Positions 56,342-64,000 of a stretch of DNA of 64,000 nucleotides are shown here, in pieces (position 1 is the first letter of the stretch; every line of letters begins with the position of its first letter). The stretch spans positions 6,965-70,964 of the forward strand of contig JBEIFH010000003.1 in assembly GCA_040382515.1 (NCBI GenBank). The letters are read 5' to 3'. Origin of the DNA: Chlamydiia bacterium (GTDB taxonomy: Bacteria; Chlamydiota; Chlamydiia; Chlamydiales; RGXB01). The position numbers were made by a program, and so were the translations under genes. The notes under the pieces were generated by a model. It was not told where the DNA came from, did no database searches, and saw only the letters and a program-made list of their open reading frames with translations.

Positions 56342-57025
56342 ATGTACGACACCCCCCATCCGGGACTGCTCAACAGGAAAAAAAGGATCGATTTTAGCGA
56401 GATAAGCCAACTTAGCGATACACAACTATGGGGTCTTTTTTGGAAGGGGAAATCGGATGCTGAAATGGCAGAATCTGAAAAGGAGTATTTTGAGCGAATT
56501 GGGGGACAGGGCCCTTTTTTGATGGTTTCTGCCAAACAACTTGTTGAGGAGTTGGGTTTCCCCAAATCGAGAGCTTTTTTATGGGATGTTTTTCGTGAGA
56601 TGGCCAAAAGAAGAGTGGTAAAGGCAAAAAATAAGAGGATTTGCAGCCCGAAGGATATTTTTGAATCCACCAGAGGAGATTTTATCGGGTTAAAGAGGGA
56701 ACTTTGCATGGTGATCGGTCGTGGAAAGGAAAAAGAGCTCCTTTTTAAAGAGTCGGTGAGTGTCGGCAATCAAGATGCGATACGGTGTGAAATGAGAGAT
56801 ATTTTTAGATCGTGTTTTGTGGAAGATGTTGCAGAGTTTGCCCTTGTGCATAACCATCCCTCCTCTCTTTTGGCTCCGTCTAAGGAGGATCTTATTCACA
56901 CACAAGCCGTCCGAGAGGCGGGTCAAATATTTGGGATACAACTGATCGATCATCTCATCGTGCAAGAAGAGCACTATCTATCTTTTTATGAAATGGGGTA
57001 TCTTCCTAAAAGGGAGAATTATTGA
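56342..57025 (+). CDS. radC: RadC-family JAB-domain protein
   Basis: ALVHNHPSSLLAPSKEDLIHTQAVREAGQIFGIQLIDHLIV (JAMM-like HxHPS..PS..D). Confidence 0.85.
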   Translation: MYDTPHPGLLNRKKRIDFSEISQLSDTQLWGLFWKGKSDAEMAESEKEYFERIGGQGPFLMVSAKQLVEELGFPKSRAFLWDVFREMAKRRVVKAKNKRICSPKDIFESTRGDFIGLKRELCMVIGRGKEKELLFKESVSVGNQDAIRCEMRDIFRSCFVEDVAEFALVHNHPSSLLAPSKEDLIHTQAVREAGQIFGIQLIDHLIVQEEHYLSFYEMGYLPKRENY

Positions 57026-58752
57026 TGCCTCTTTTTGATCCTGCCATGCTCGATGAGCTGAAAAAAAAGGTCGACATCGTCGACGTCCTTTCCCCTTACA
57101 TGCAATTTCAAAAAGCGCAAGGGGCGCTGAAAGCTCTTTGCCCCTTCCACTTTGAGCATACCCCCTCTTTTGTTGTGCAAAGAAAAGATATGCACTACCA
57201 CTGTTTCGGTTGCGGTGCGCATGGAGACTCTATCAGTTTTCTGATGCAATATCTCAAAATCCCCTTCAAGGAAGCTGTGGAAATGCTCGCCGAAAGGTTT
57301 GGTGTCGAAATCCGCTTTGTTGAAGAGGTGCAAAAAGGGCCGAGTATCCTCCCGCTCAAACAGGCGATGAAAGAGCTTGGACGATTTTACCATTTCTCTC
57401 TTCTTCATACCGCTCAAGGGCAGCAAGCCCTCGCCTACTTATATGATAGAGGGATCGATCTCTCTTTTATCCGCCTCTTTGAAATCGGGCTCGCCCCAAA
57501 AGATCCACAATTTTTTGAAGCCTGGGTCCACGATTTCAAGGTGGATATGCACGCTTTGTCTGAAGCAGGGGCGATGAAAGGGAAAGGAAATCTACCCTTT
57601 TTTATGGATCGCATCACCATTCCTATTAAAGACTGGCACGGAAATATTTTGGGGTTTACGGCAAGGAGGTTTCAGGAGGGGGACAACGGACCGAAGTACA
57701 TCAATACCAAAGAAACACCCCTTTTTAAAAAATCTCAGATCCTATTCGGAATCTATGAATCGAGAAAAAGGATCGTCAAAGAAAAGAAAGCACTCATCGT
57801 CGAGGGGCAGATCGATGCGATGCGCCTGATTCATGAAGGATTTGATTTCACCCTTGCAGGTCAAGGGACCGCATTTGGTGAACTGCATGTGCAGCAAGCA
57901 AAAAATCTAGGGGTGGAAACGGCTTACATCGCATTTGACGGAGACACAGCAGGGCAGACGGCAGCTTTGAAAGTGGGGCAGCTTTTCTTGAAAGAGGGGA
58001 TCGAGGTGATGGTTGTCCTCTTGGGTAAAGGGGAAGATCCCGACACTGTGATTCTAAAAAAAGGGAAAGCTCACTTTGAAGAGCTTATTCAAAAGGCGAT
58101 CCCTTACCTCGATTTTTTAAGAGCCCTTTTCACGCGCAATAAAGATCTTTCGCTCCCGGCTGTAAAAAGCGGTGTGATCAAAGAGATGACCCACTATGTC
58201 AACGGCTGGTCGGACCCGGTGATGCGCCATGAGGGAAAACGGCGGATCGCAGAGCAATTTGATGTACCGGTGGATTTTATAGAGATCAAAGAGGATCTCA
58301 AACTTGTGGAACACACCTCAAAATCTGATGAAACCGTAGACTTTGATCTCATTTTAGAGGGGGATCTGGTCCGTTGGTTGATTGTGGCACATGAATTGAC
58401 CAGAGAAATAGCGGTGAGAAATTTAAAAAAAGAGGATCTATTCCATCTGGGGATGCAGCAGCTTTACGAGCTGTTGCTCCAATCAAAAGGGGATCTGATG
58501 GCCGTTTTATCGACAAAAGAATCGGAACAACTCCAGCCTTATGTAGATACCGTCCTCTCCAAAAAAATCCCTATCGAACGGGCCGAAAATCTTATGATGG
58601 AGACGGTGCGAAAAATATTGGAGCGCAACTGGCTGAAAAAAAGGGAAGCGATCATCAAAAAAATGCAGGAAAATAGCCACAATGATTCGCTTCTAGAAGA
58701 GCTTGCGCGCGCTTTTGATGAGATCAAACAACAACGCCCTGTTGTACGTTAG
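57025..58752 (+). CDS. dnaG: DNA primase
   Basis: Zinc finger CPFHFEHTPSFVV...YHCFGCGAHGD and TOPRIM EGQIDA...DGDTAG. The start overlaps the radC stop. Confidence 0.92.
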   Translation: MPLFDPAMLDELKKKVDIVDVLSPYMQFQKAQGALKALCPFHFEHTPSFVVQRKDMHYHCFGCGAHGDSISFLMQYLKIPFKEAVEMLAERFGVEIRFVEEVQKGPSILPLKQAMKELGRFYHFSLLHTAQGQQALAYLYDRGIDLSFIRLFEIGLAPKDPQFFEAWVHDFKVDMHALSEAGAMKGKGNLPFFMDRITIPIKDWHGNILGFTARRFQEGDNGPKYINTKETPLFKKSQILFGIYESRKRIVKEKKALIVEGQIDAMRLIHEGFDFTLAGQGTAFGELHVQQAKNLGVETAYIAFDGDTAGQTAALKVGQLFLKEGIEVMVVLLGKGEDPDTVILKKGKAHFEELIQKAIPYLDFLRALFTRNKDLSLPAVKSGVIKEMTHYVNGWSDPVMRHEGKRRIAEQFDVPVDFIEIKEDLKLVEHTSKSDETVDFDLILEGDLVRWLIVAHELTREIAVRNLKKEDLFHLGMQQLYELLLQSKGDLMAVLSTKESEQLQPYVDTVLSKKIPIERAENLMMETVRKILERNWLKKREAIIKKMQENSHNDSLLEELARAFDEIKQQRPVVR

Positions 58753-58864
58753 AGAAAGATTTTGAAGTTGCTTTAGCGGTTTTCTCAAAGCATTTAATAC
58801 TAAAGTTGATTTTTTAATTAAGATTGAAATACTATTTCGAGGAAATTTTATTTGGGGTTGAAGA

Positions 58865-59548
58865 ATGCACGTTTTTTTAAAAATATTTGCACTCTCAGTG
58901 CTTGTTTTTTTATCAAACAATTTGGATGCCAAGGGACTGGAGCTGGATGCAATCTATAGAAATTATGAAAGAAAACCCGGCGACATTCATCAGCATCTGA
59001 AGCATTTGAGGCGGCTGGCTAAAGATTCCGATTCCGTTTTGGAATTAGGGGTAAGAAATATGGTGTCCACTTTTGCTCTCCTTGCAGGTCTTTCTGAAAA
59101 TGAAAAACCGGTAAAGGTCTATGTAGGTGTGGATTTGTCCTACCCCCCCCAGAATCTGATGCGTCGAGCTTATACCGCCTGTAAAGACAAGGCGATTGAC
59201 CTGAAGTTTGTAGATTGCGACGATGCGCTGTTTGACCCGATGGATGTAGATCTACTTTTTATCGATTCGCTCCACACCTACGCACAGCTCTCTTTTGAGC
59301 TCGAAAAATTCAGCCCTAAAGTAAGAAAATACATAGCGATGCATGATACCGACGCCCCCTGGGGTTTTGAAGATGAGCCAAACTCCTACGGGAGCGAAAA
59401 TAGTTCCAATTTGAAATGGGCCGATCCGACAAAAAAAGGGTTATTGATCGCAGTGAAAGATTTTTTATACAGGCATCCGGAGTGGCAATTACAAGAACAT
59501 TACAAAAATTGCCACGGCTTTACCGTTCTTACACGAAAAAGCTACTAA
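58865..59548 (+). CDS. signal-peptide-bearing class I methyltransferase-like protein (paralogue 1)
   Basis: MHVFLKIFALSVLVFLSNNLDA, VLELGVRNMVSTFALLAG (motif I-like), and DLLFIDSLHTYAQLSFELEKFSPKVRKYIAMHDT. Confidence 0.55.
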   Translation: MHVFLKIFALSVLVFLSNNLDAKGLELDAIYRNYERKPGDIHQHLKHLRRLAKDSDSVLELGVRNMVSTFALLAGLSENEKPVKVYVGVDLSYPPQNLMRRAYTACKDKAIDLKFVDCDDALFDPMDVDLLFIDSLHTYAQLSFELEKFSPKVRKYIAMHDTDAPWGFEDEPNSYGSENSSNLKWADPTKKGLLIAVKDFLYRHPEWQLQEHYKNCHGFTVLTRKSY

Positions 59549-59576
59549 GTATGATTTTTTTTAAGCGTGCTGTTTT

Positions 59577-60269
59577 ATGACAAAATATTTTTCCTTAGCT
59601 CTCTTTTTAGTTTTCTCTACCAACTTTTTACAGGGGGGGCTTGAGAGGAGGCTTTTTTGTCTGGAAAAAGAGTACACCTTCTTGTGTTGCGAAGATGTCC
59701 TTTATAATGAGGTCGCACCATTTATGCCGAGACTGAGGAATCTGGCCAAAGAGTGCGAAAGCGTTATCGAGGTCGGGGGTGATCTGGGGGCGGGCTCCAT
59801 CAGCATCGTTTTAGGGTTAAGCGAAAACTTACACCAAAAGAAAAAATTTTCTGTAGTGTCCTACAGGGGGATAACGCCACAGGACATGAAAAAAAAGATC
59901 CACAAGCTCAAAGTGCCCGCTATCCATTTTTCTTTTGAGCAGGGGGAATATCTGGGTAAAAATATAGACTATGCGGACATGGTGTATATAAATTCTTTTC
60001 ACACTTATGCGAGACTTGTTTCAGAACTGGAGCATTTTGCCCCTAGAACAGGGAAATACCTAGCTCTTTTGCATACCGGTTTTCCATGGGGATACGAGGA
60101 TGAGCCCGATTATTATTTGGAAAGGTATGTCCCTTTCTCCTGGATTCGAAAAGACCTAAAAGGTTTGGTCAGAGCGGTCGAGGAATTTTTACTATTGCAT
60201 CCGGAATGGGAGAAATTCGAAGACTACACAAATAGTCATGGATTCACGATCCTAAAAAGGGTAAAATAG
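59577..60269 (+). CDS. signal-peptide-bearing class I methyltransferase-like protein (paralogue 2)
   Basis: MTKYFSLALFLVFSTNFLQG, VIEVGGDLGAGSISIVLG, and DMVYINSFHTYARLVSELEHFAPRTGKYLALLHT. Clearly paralogous to the preceding ORF. Confidence 0.55.
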   Translation: MTKYFSLALFLVFSTNFLQGGLERRLFCLEKEYTFLCCEDVLYNEVAPFMPRLRNLAKECESVIEVGGDLGAGSISIVLGLSENLHQKKKFSVVSYRGITPQDMKKKIHKLKVPAIHFSFEQGEYLGKNIDYADMVYINSFHTYARLVSELEHFAPRTGKYLALLHTGFPWGYEDEPDYYLERYVPFSWIRKDLKGLVRAVEEFLLLHPEWEKFEDYTNSHGFTILKRVK

Positions 60270-60299
60270 CCCTTTGTTTTTTTCTAAAGCTTTAGGGCT

Positions 60300-61829
60300 G
60301 TGAAGAGATTTTTTAAGGAGACTATGATTCGTCAAGCTGTCCATTTTTTTTTGGGGACACTTATCAGCCGGTTGGGTGGGCTTTTAAGGGAACTCTCCAT
60401 GTCAGCCTGCTTTGGGGCTAGCGCACTTGTTGGTGATTTTTTTATCTCTTATCGCTGGTCGAATATCTTCCGCCGCCTTTTGGGTGAAGGGGGGGTAAGT
60501 AACGGATTTATTCCGATGTTTGAAAGGTATAGGCAGGAAGACCCCTACAAAGCCGATCTGTTTTTTCGGGATCTGTTCTGGTCTTTGGCGATCCTATTAG
60601 TCCCAACTCTGTTGCTTTTTAGTTTGATATTTTTCGGCCATATAGCGAGCTTTATGATGCCGGGGGTGATTTTTATCGTCTTTTACGCCCTTTTTATGGC
60701 TTTTTTGCAATGTCACAACCATTTTTTTCTCCCTTCTGTGGCGCCGACTATTTTTAATCTCATCTGGGTGGGTGGGTGCTTTTTGTTCAAATCCGAGGAG
60801 CAGTCTTATGCTTTAAAAGGGATAGCCCTTTGTATTTCGGTGGCGTTCTTCTTTCAATGGGTTGTGCTTCTGCCTAAAACAGCCAAGTGTCTGAAAATAG
60901 GTTTGTCCGATTGGCTTAAAATCCGTCCGTTCTCCGCTGAAGTGAAGCAGCTTTTGAAGCCATTGCTCCTAACTTTGGTCGGGGTGGCAGCAACACAACT
61001 CAATGGCGCTATCGATCTGCTGTTTGCAAAATGGGCAGATCCGAAAGGGGCTGCGTTTTTAAGCTATGCGATTAAATTGGAGCAGGTGCCGATGGCCCTA
61101 TTCGGTGTTGCGGTGAGCCAAGCGATCGCCCCATTACTTGCACGCGCCTACCAGGGAAAAAATTATGCAGAATACAATTTACTTACTGAAAAAAGCCTGC
61201 GCATTACCCTAAAACTCTTAGCCCCTTTCACGCTACTGTTCTTTGTTGCTGCACCCCCTTTTGTGAGTCTGATCTACGGCAGGGGAGCTTTTTTAGATGC
61301 GGATGTGACCCACACGGCCCAGGCGTTAGCATTCTATACGATAGGGCTTGTACCCGCGGGCCTTATTTTGCTTTTAGCCCCCTCGTTTTATGCGGCGCAG
61401 GACTTTAGAACCCCGATGAAAGCCACTTTCATGGCGGTGGGGATGAATACTTTTTTAAATTTCTTGCTGGTTTTCGTTTTTTCGGCCGGCTCATGGGCAA
61501 TTGCTTTGACCACCTCTTTGAGTTTTTGGGCGCAATGGGCCTATTTGGCATGGAAACTTCAAGCCCCTTATCCGCTCAAAAGCTTGGTGAAACATTTGCT
61601 CTTGGTTTGTCTCATCACCCTAATCTCTTTTTATCTATTTCCCGACTTATACTGGTCCATAAGCTACCCTACGGCAATTCTAGATAAAGGATGGCAGTTA
61701 CTCAACGTGGCGGCGGTTCCGTTTTTTCTTTATACTTTAGGCGCTTTTTGCCTAAAAGACTCTGCGATTGTGGAAAAAGGGGAAAACATTGTTGATGAAA
61801 AAAATCTTAAGCCCGATGTGGATGCTTAA
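60300..61829 (+). CDS. murJ: lipid II flippase MurJ/MviN
   Basis: ISRLGGLLRELSMSACFGAS...GEGGVSNGFIPMF and about 14 hydrophobic segments. GTG start in the track; alternative ATG at 60324. Confidence 0.85.
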   Translation: MKRFFKETMIRQAVHFFLGTLISRLGGLLRELSMSACFGASALVGDFFISYRWSNIFRRLLGEGGVSNGFIPMFERYRQEDPYKADLFFRDLFWSLAILLVPTLLLFSLIFFGHIASFMMPGVIFIVFYALFMAFLQCHNHFFLPSVAPTIFNLIWVGGCFLFKSEEQSYALKGIALCISVAFFFQWVVLLPKTAKCLKIGLSDWLKIRPFSAEVKQLLKPLLLTLVGVAATQLNGAIDLLFAKWADPKGAAFLSYAIKLEQVPMALFGVAVSQAIAPLLARAYQGKNYAEYNLLTEKSLRITLKLLAPFTLLFFVAAPPFVSLIYGRGAFLDADVTHTAQALAFYTIGLVPAGLILLLAPSFYAAQDFRTPMKATFMAVGMNTFLNFLLVFVFSAGSWAIALTTSLSFWAQWAYLAWKLQAPYPLKSLVKHLLLVCLITLISFYLFPDLYWSISYPTAILDKGWQLLNVAAVPFFLYTLGAFCLKDSAIVEKGENIVDEKNLKPDVDA

Positions 61830-61933
61830 ACGTTGATATTCAGGGATTTAAGATGTTCAAAACTTATCAACAAAGTTGCAACAATGACCAAAATGGGCCC
61901 GGTTTGCTATTGTGATCTCAAGTTCAAATTAGG

Positions 61934-62386
61934 ATGAGGGATATGGCGATTTACAACATCTTTGATCACGGCACACTTCAGGGGCAAAAGGAGGAGCAAC
62001 TCTTTATCCCTCAGGCGCCAAAAGCTGTTGTAGAGGAAAAGGGGAGCTTTTTTAGCGCTCTGGCGGCAAGGCTTTTTTTCTTCGTACTCCTGTTGGCTGA
62101 TATTATCTGGGGGATCTACTCGGCGATTGCCCTTATCGTCAAAGCGATTTTAATGATGCTCACATTCCACAAAATCGAATCGTTAAAAGAATCGTTCGGC
62201 AGGACTTTCCTCTCGTTCAAAAGGTCGCTTGTTTGCGCCATAGCCCTTGTTGTGGCCCTTTTCAGCCCGGCTTTGGGGATCATGTTTTCTTGCATGTATT
62301 TTTTGATGTATGACAAAAACGGTGTTGATGAAATTGTCCCATCGTCCTTGAAAGACCAGTTTAGAGATATTTTTCCAAACGTTTAA
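61934..62386 (+). CDS. hypothetical small membrane protein
   Basis: 150 aa with two long hydrophobic stretches (LFFFVLLLADIIWGIYSAIALIVKAILMML and LVCAIALVVALFSPALGIMFSCMYFLM). Confidence 0.5.
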   Translation: MRDMAIYNIFDHGTLQGQKEEQLFIPQAPKAVVEEKGSFFSALAARLFFFVLLLADIIWGIYSAIALIVKAILMMLTFHKIESLKESFGRTFLSFKRSLVCAIALVVALFSPALGIMFSCMYFLMYDKNGVDEIVPSSLKDQFRDIFPNV

Positions 62387-62454
62387 ATCAAAAAATCTCT
62401 TTTTGTTTTAAATTGTAGTGCTGTATAAAAACTCTTCTTTTCGAGGAGTTTTTT

Positions 62455-63564
62455 ATGTTTAGACCCCATTGCCCTTTGAATGTTCTTGAGGGACATACCC
62501 TCTTTTCTTTGGAAGAAAAAGTTGGCCAGCTCATGATGGTCTCTTTTCAAGGGGATAAGGGGGAGGGAGAGGTCCAAAAAATTGTAGAGGAGTGCTTTCT
62601 AGGGGGTGTGATCTACTACAATTTCGCTAACGGGCGTTTAGATAGAGATTCCGTTTCTGTTTTGAGTAAAAAGATCCAATCTTACAAAGGGATCCCTAGG
62701 TGGATCGCTGTAGATCAAGAGGGGGGGAGGGTGCAAAGGTGTGCAATCGGTTTTACCAAGATTCCACCTGCCTCCAATTGGAGTGTCTTAAGTCATGAAA
62801 CTCTATTTCATTTAGGTAAAAACGTCGCAATGGAGCTTAAAGAGGTCGGAATCGGAATGAATTTTTCACCTGTGATCGATTTAGAAAACAATCGGTGCAA
62901 GGCCCTTTTTCAGCGCACGATCAGTCAAGACCCTGTGGAGATTGCGCGTGTTGCAACAGCTCTTTTAAGAGGTTTTGAAAAGGGGGGCATACTCGGCGTT
63001 ATCAAGCATTTTCCTGGGCACGGTGCAGTGGATCTTGATTCGCACTATGAAATGCCGGTGATCCATAAACCTTTTGAAATGCTCATGGAGGAGGATCTGG
63101 CCCCTTTTTTTTCGATGAGCAAAAAGGCTGATGCCCTCATGACCGCCCACATCTTAGTTCCCGATTTTGACAGCGAGAAGATTGTTTCTTTGTCAAAAAA
63201 ATGGCACGCATATATCAGAGACAAAATGAAATTTAAGGGGCTTATTATTACAGACTCTTTGACTATGCAAGCGGTTACAAAATCGGGTCTATCGATCGAA
63301 AGGGCCGCCCTTGAAGCTTTAAAAGCCGGAAGCGATATTTTGTTGTTTGGGGGGCAGATTTTACTTGGATCTAAGTTGACGACGCTTGAGCTCAATAAAA
63401 TCAGATCTATTCATCGCTATCTATGCCAAGAGGCACTAAAAGATCCTGAGTTAAAAGATAAAATTGAAGAAGCTTTTGAAAGAAACCTATTCTACAAAAG
63501 AAAATGGGGGGTAGCCCCTTTTGAAACCCCCATGGTCATCATAAAAAACCAGGTTTTGTTTTAG
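62455..63564 (+). CDS. nagZ: beta-N-acetylhexosaminidase (GH3, NagZ-like)
   Basis: KVGQLMMVSFQG, VDQEGGRVQR, KHFPGHG and GLIITDSLTM. Confidence 0.85.
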   Translation: MFRPHCPLNVLEGHTLFSLEEKVGQLMMVSFQGDKGEGEVQKIVEECFLGGVIYYNFANGRLDRDSVSVLSKKIQSYKGIPRWIAVDQEGGRVQRCAIGFTKIPPASNWSVLSHETLFHLGKNVAMELKEVGIGMNFSPVIDLENNRCKALFQRTISQDPVEIARVATALLRGFEKGGILGVIKHFPGHGAVDLDSHYEMPVIHKPFEMLMEEDLAPFFSMSKKADALMTAHILVPDFDSEKIVSLSKKWHAYIRDKMKFKGLIITDSLTMQAVTKSGLSIERAALEALKAGSDILLFGGQILLGSKLTTLELNKIRSIHRYLCQEALKDPELKDKIEEAFERNLFYKRKWGVAPFETPMVIIKNQVLF

Positions 63565-63582
63565 CCGTGGTTGGTAGGGGGT

Positions 63583-64000
63583 TTATTGAGAAGTCCTTTT
63601 GATAAAGAGTGTCCTTCTTGCAAAAAAGAGGGAAAAAAATCCGGTGTTGAGTAGAAAATAGATAAAAAGACCCTCTTTAAATGCGAAATCCATGAAGAAT
63701 GGGGCCACCATCGGGCCGAAAACACAACCGATTCCGTACGCAATAATCCCTTTTGTGACGCCGCTCACCGTTTGGTTTACCGGTATTTTTTCACAAAGGC
63801 TATTAATCGCCAAAGGATAGATTGAGAATGCCAACATCCCAAAAATAAACATCACCAGACACAGAAAATAAAAATTAAGCTGCGTTCCAAATAACATCGG
63901 GATCGAAACAAAAGAAAGGGCAAGGGATGTGAAAAAGAGCACTTTATCCTTAGAAAACAGATCTGAAATTTTTCCAATAGGCCACTGACCAATAAACCCC
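63583..64000 (-). CDS. MFS transporter, C-terminal part (5' end outside the window)
   Basis: The minus-strand frame is open to the window edge. It has hydrophobic segments and GQWPIGKISDLFSKDK (MFS loop motif). Confidence 0.6.
   Translation of the reverse strand, partial: GFIGQWPIGKISDLFSKDKVLFFTSLALSFVSIPMLFGTQLNFYFLCLVMFIFGMLAFSIYPLAINSLCEKIPVNQTVSGVTKGIIAYGIGCVFGPMVAPFFMDFAFKEGLFIYFLLNTGFFSLFFARRTLFIKRTSQ

Overview
This 64 kb window is bacterial and gene-dense. I think it comes from an environmental member of the Chlamydiae or a similar intracellular bacterium, but that cannot be confirmed without a database search. The reasons are a eukaryote-type IleRS, a long LepB, a yhhQ-tgt operon, Inc-like membrane proteins with paired hydrophobic segments, eukaryote-like kinases, and MYND and ankyrin domains.

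Housekeeping genes I recognise from motifs: adk (partial), ssrA (tmRNA), ileS, lepB, phr, rsmA/ksgA, tgt, yhhQ, mdh, hflX, radC, dnaG, murJ and nagZ. There are also several transporters and hydrolases.

Four accessory blocks sit between them:
- 0.3-9.7 kb: an effector-like island with Inc-like membrane proteins, a 973-aa orphan protein, two tandem Ser/Thr-kinase-like genes and an ankyrin relic.
- 10.6-16.8 kb: three paralogues of an unknown family, bracketed by roughly 315-bp direct repeats. Two of the three are broken at homopolymer tracts.
- 29.7-34.8 kb: five tandem paralogues of an unknown signal-peptide-bearing family.
- 46.7-53.0 kb: an AT-richer three-gene peptide-export cassette (HlyD, C39-peptidase ABC, second ABC with a cNMP-like N-terminus). 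It has no visible substrate gene and is bracketed by a duplicated gene end.

I found no rRNA, tRNA, CRISPR array or intact IS element. All calls come from reading the ORF translations and the DNA by eye. No searches or computations were run.
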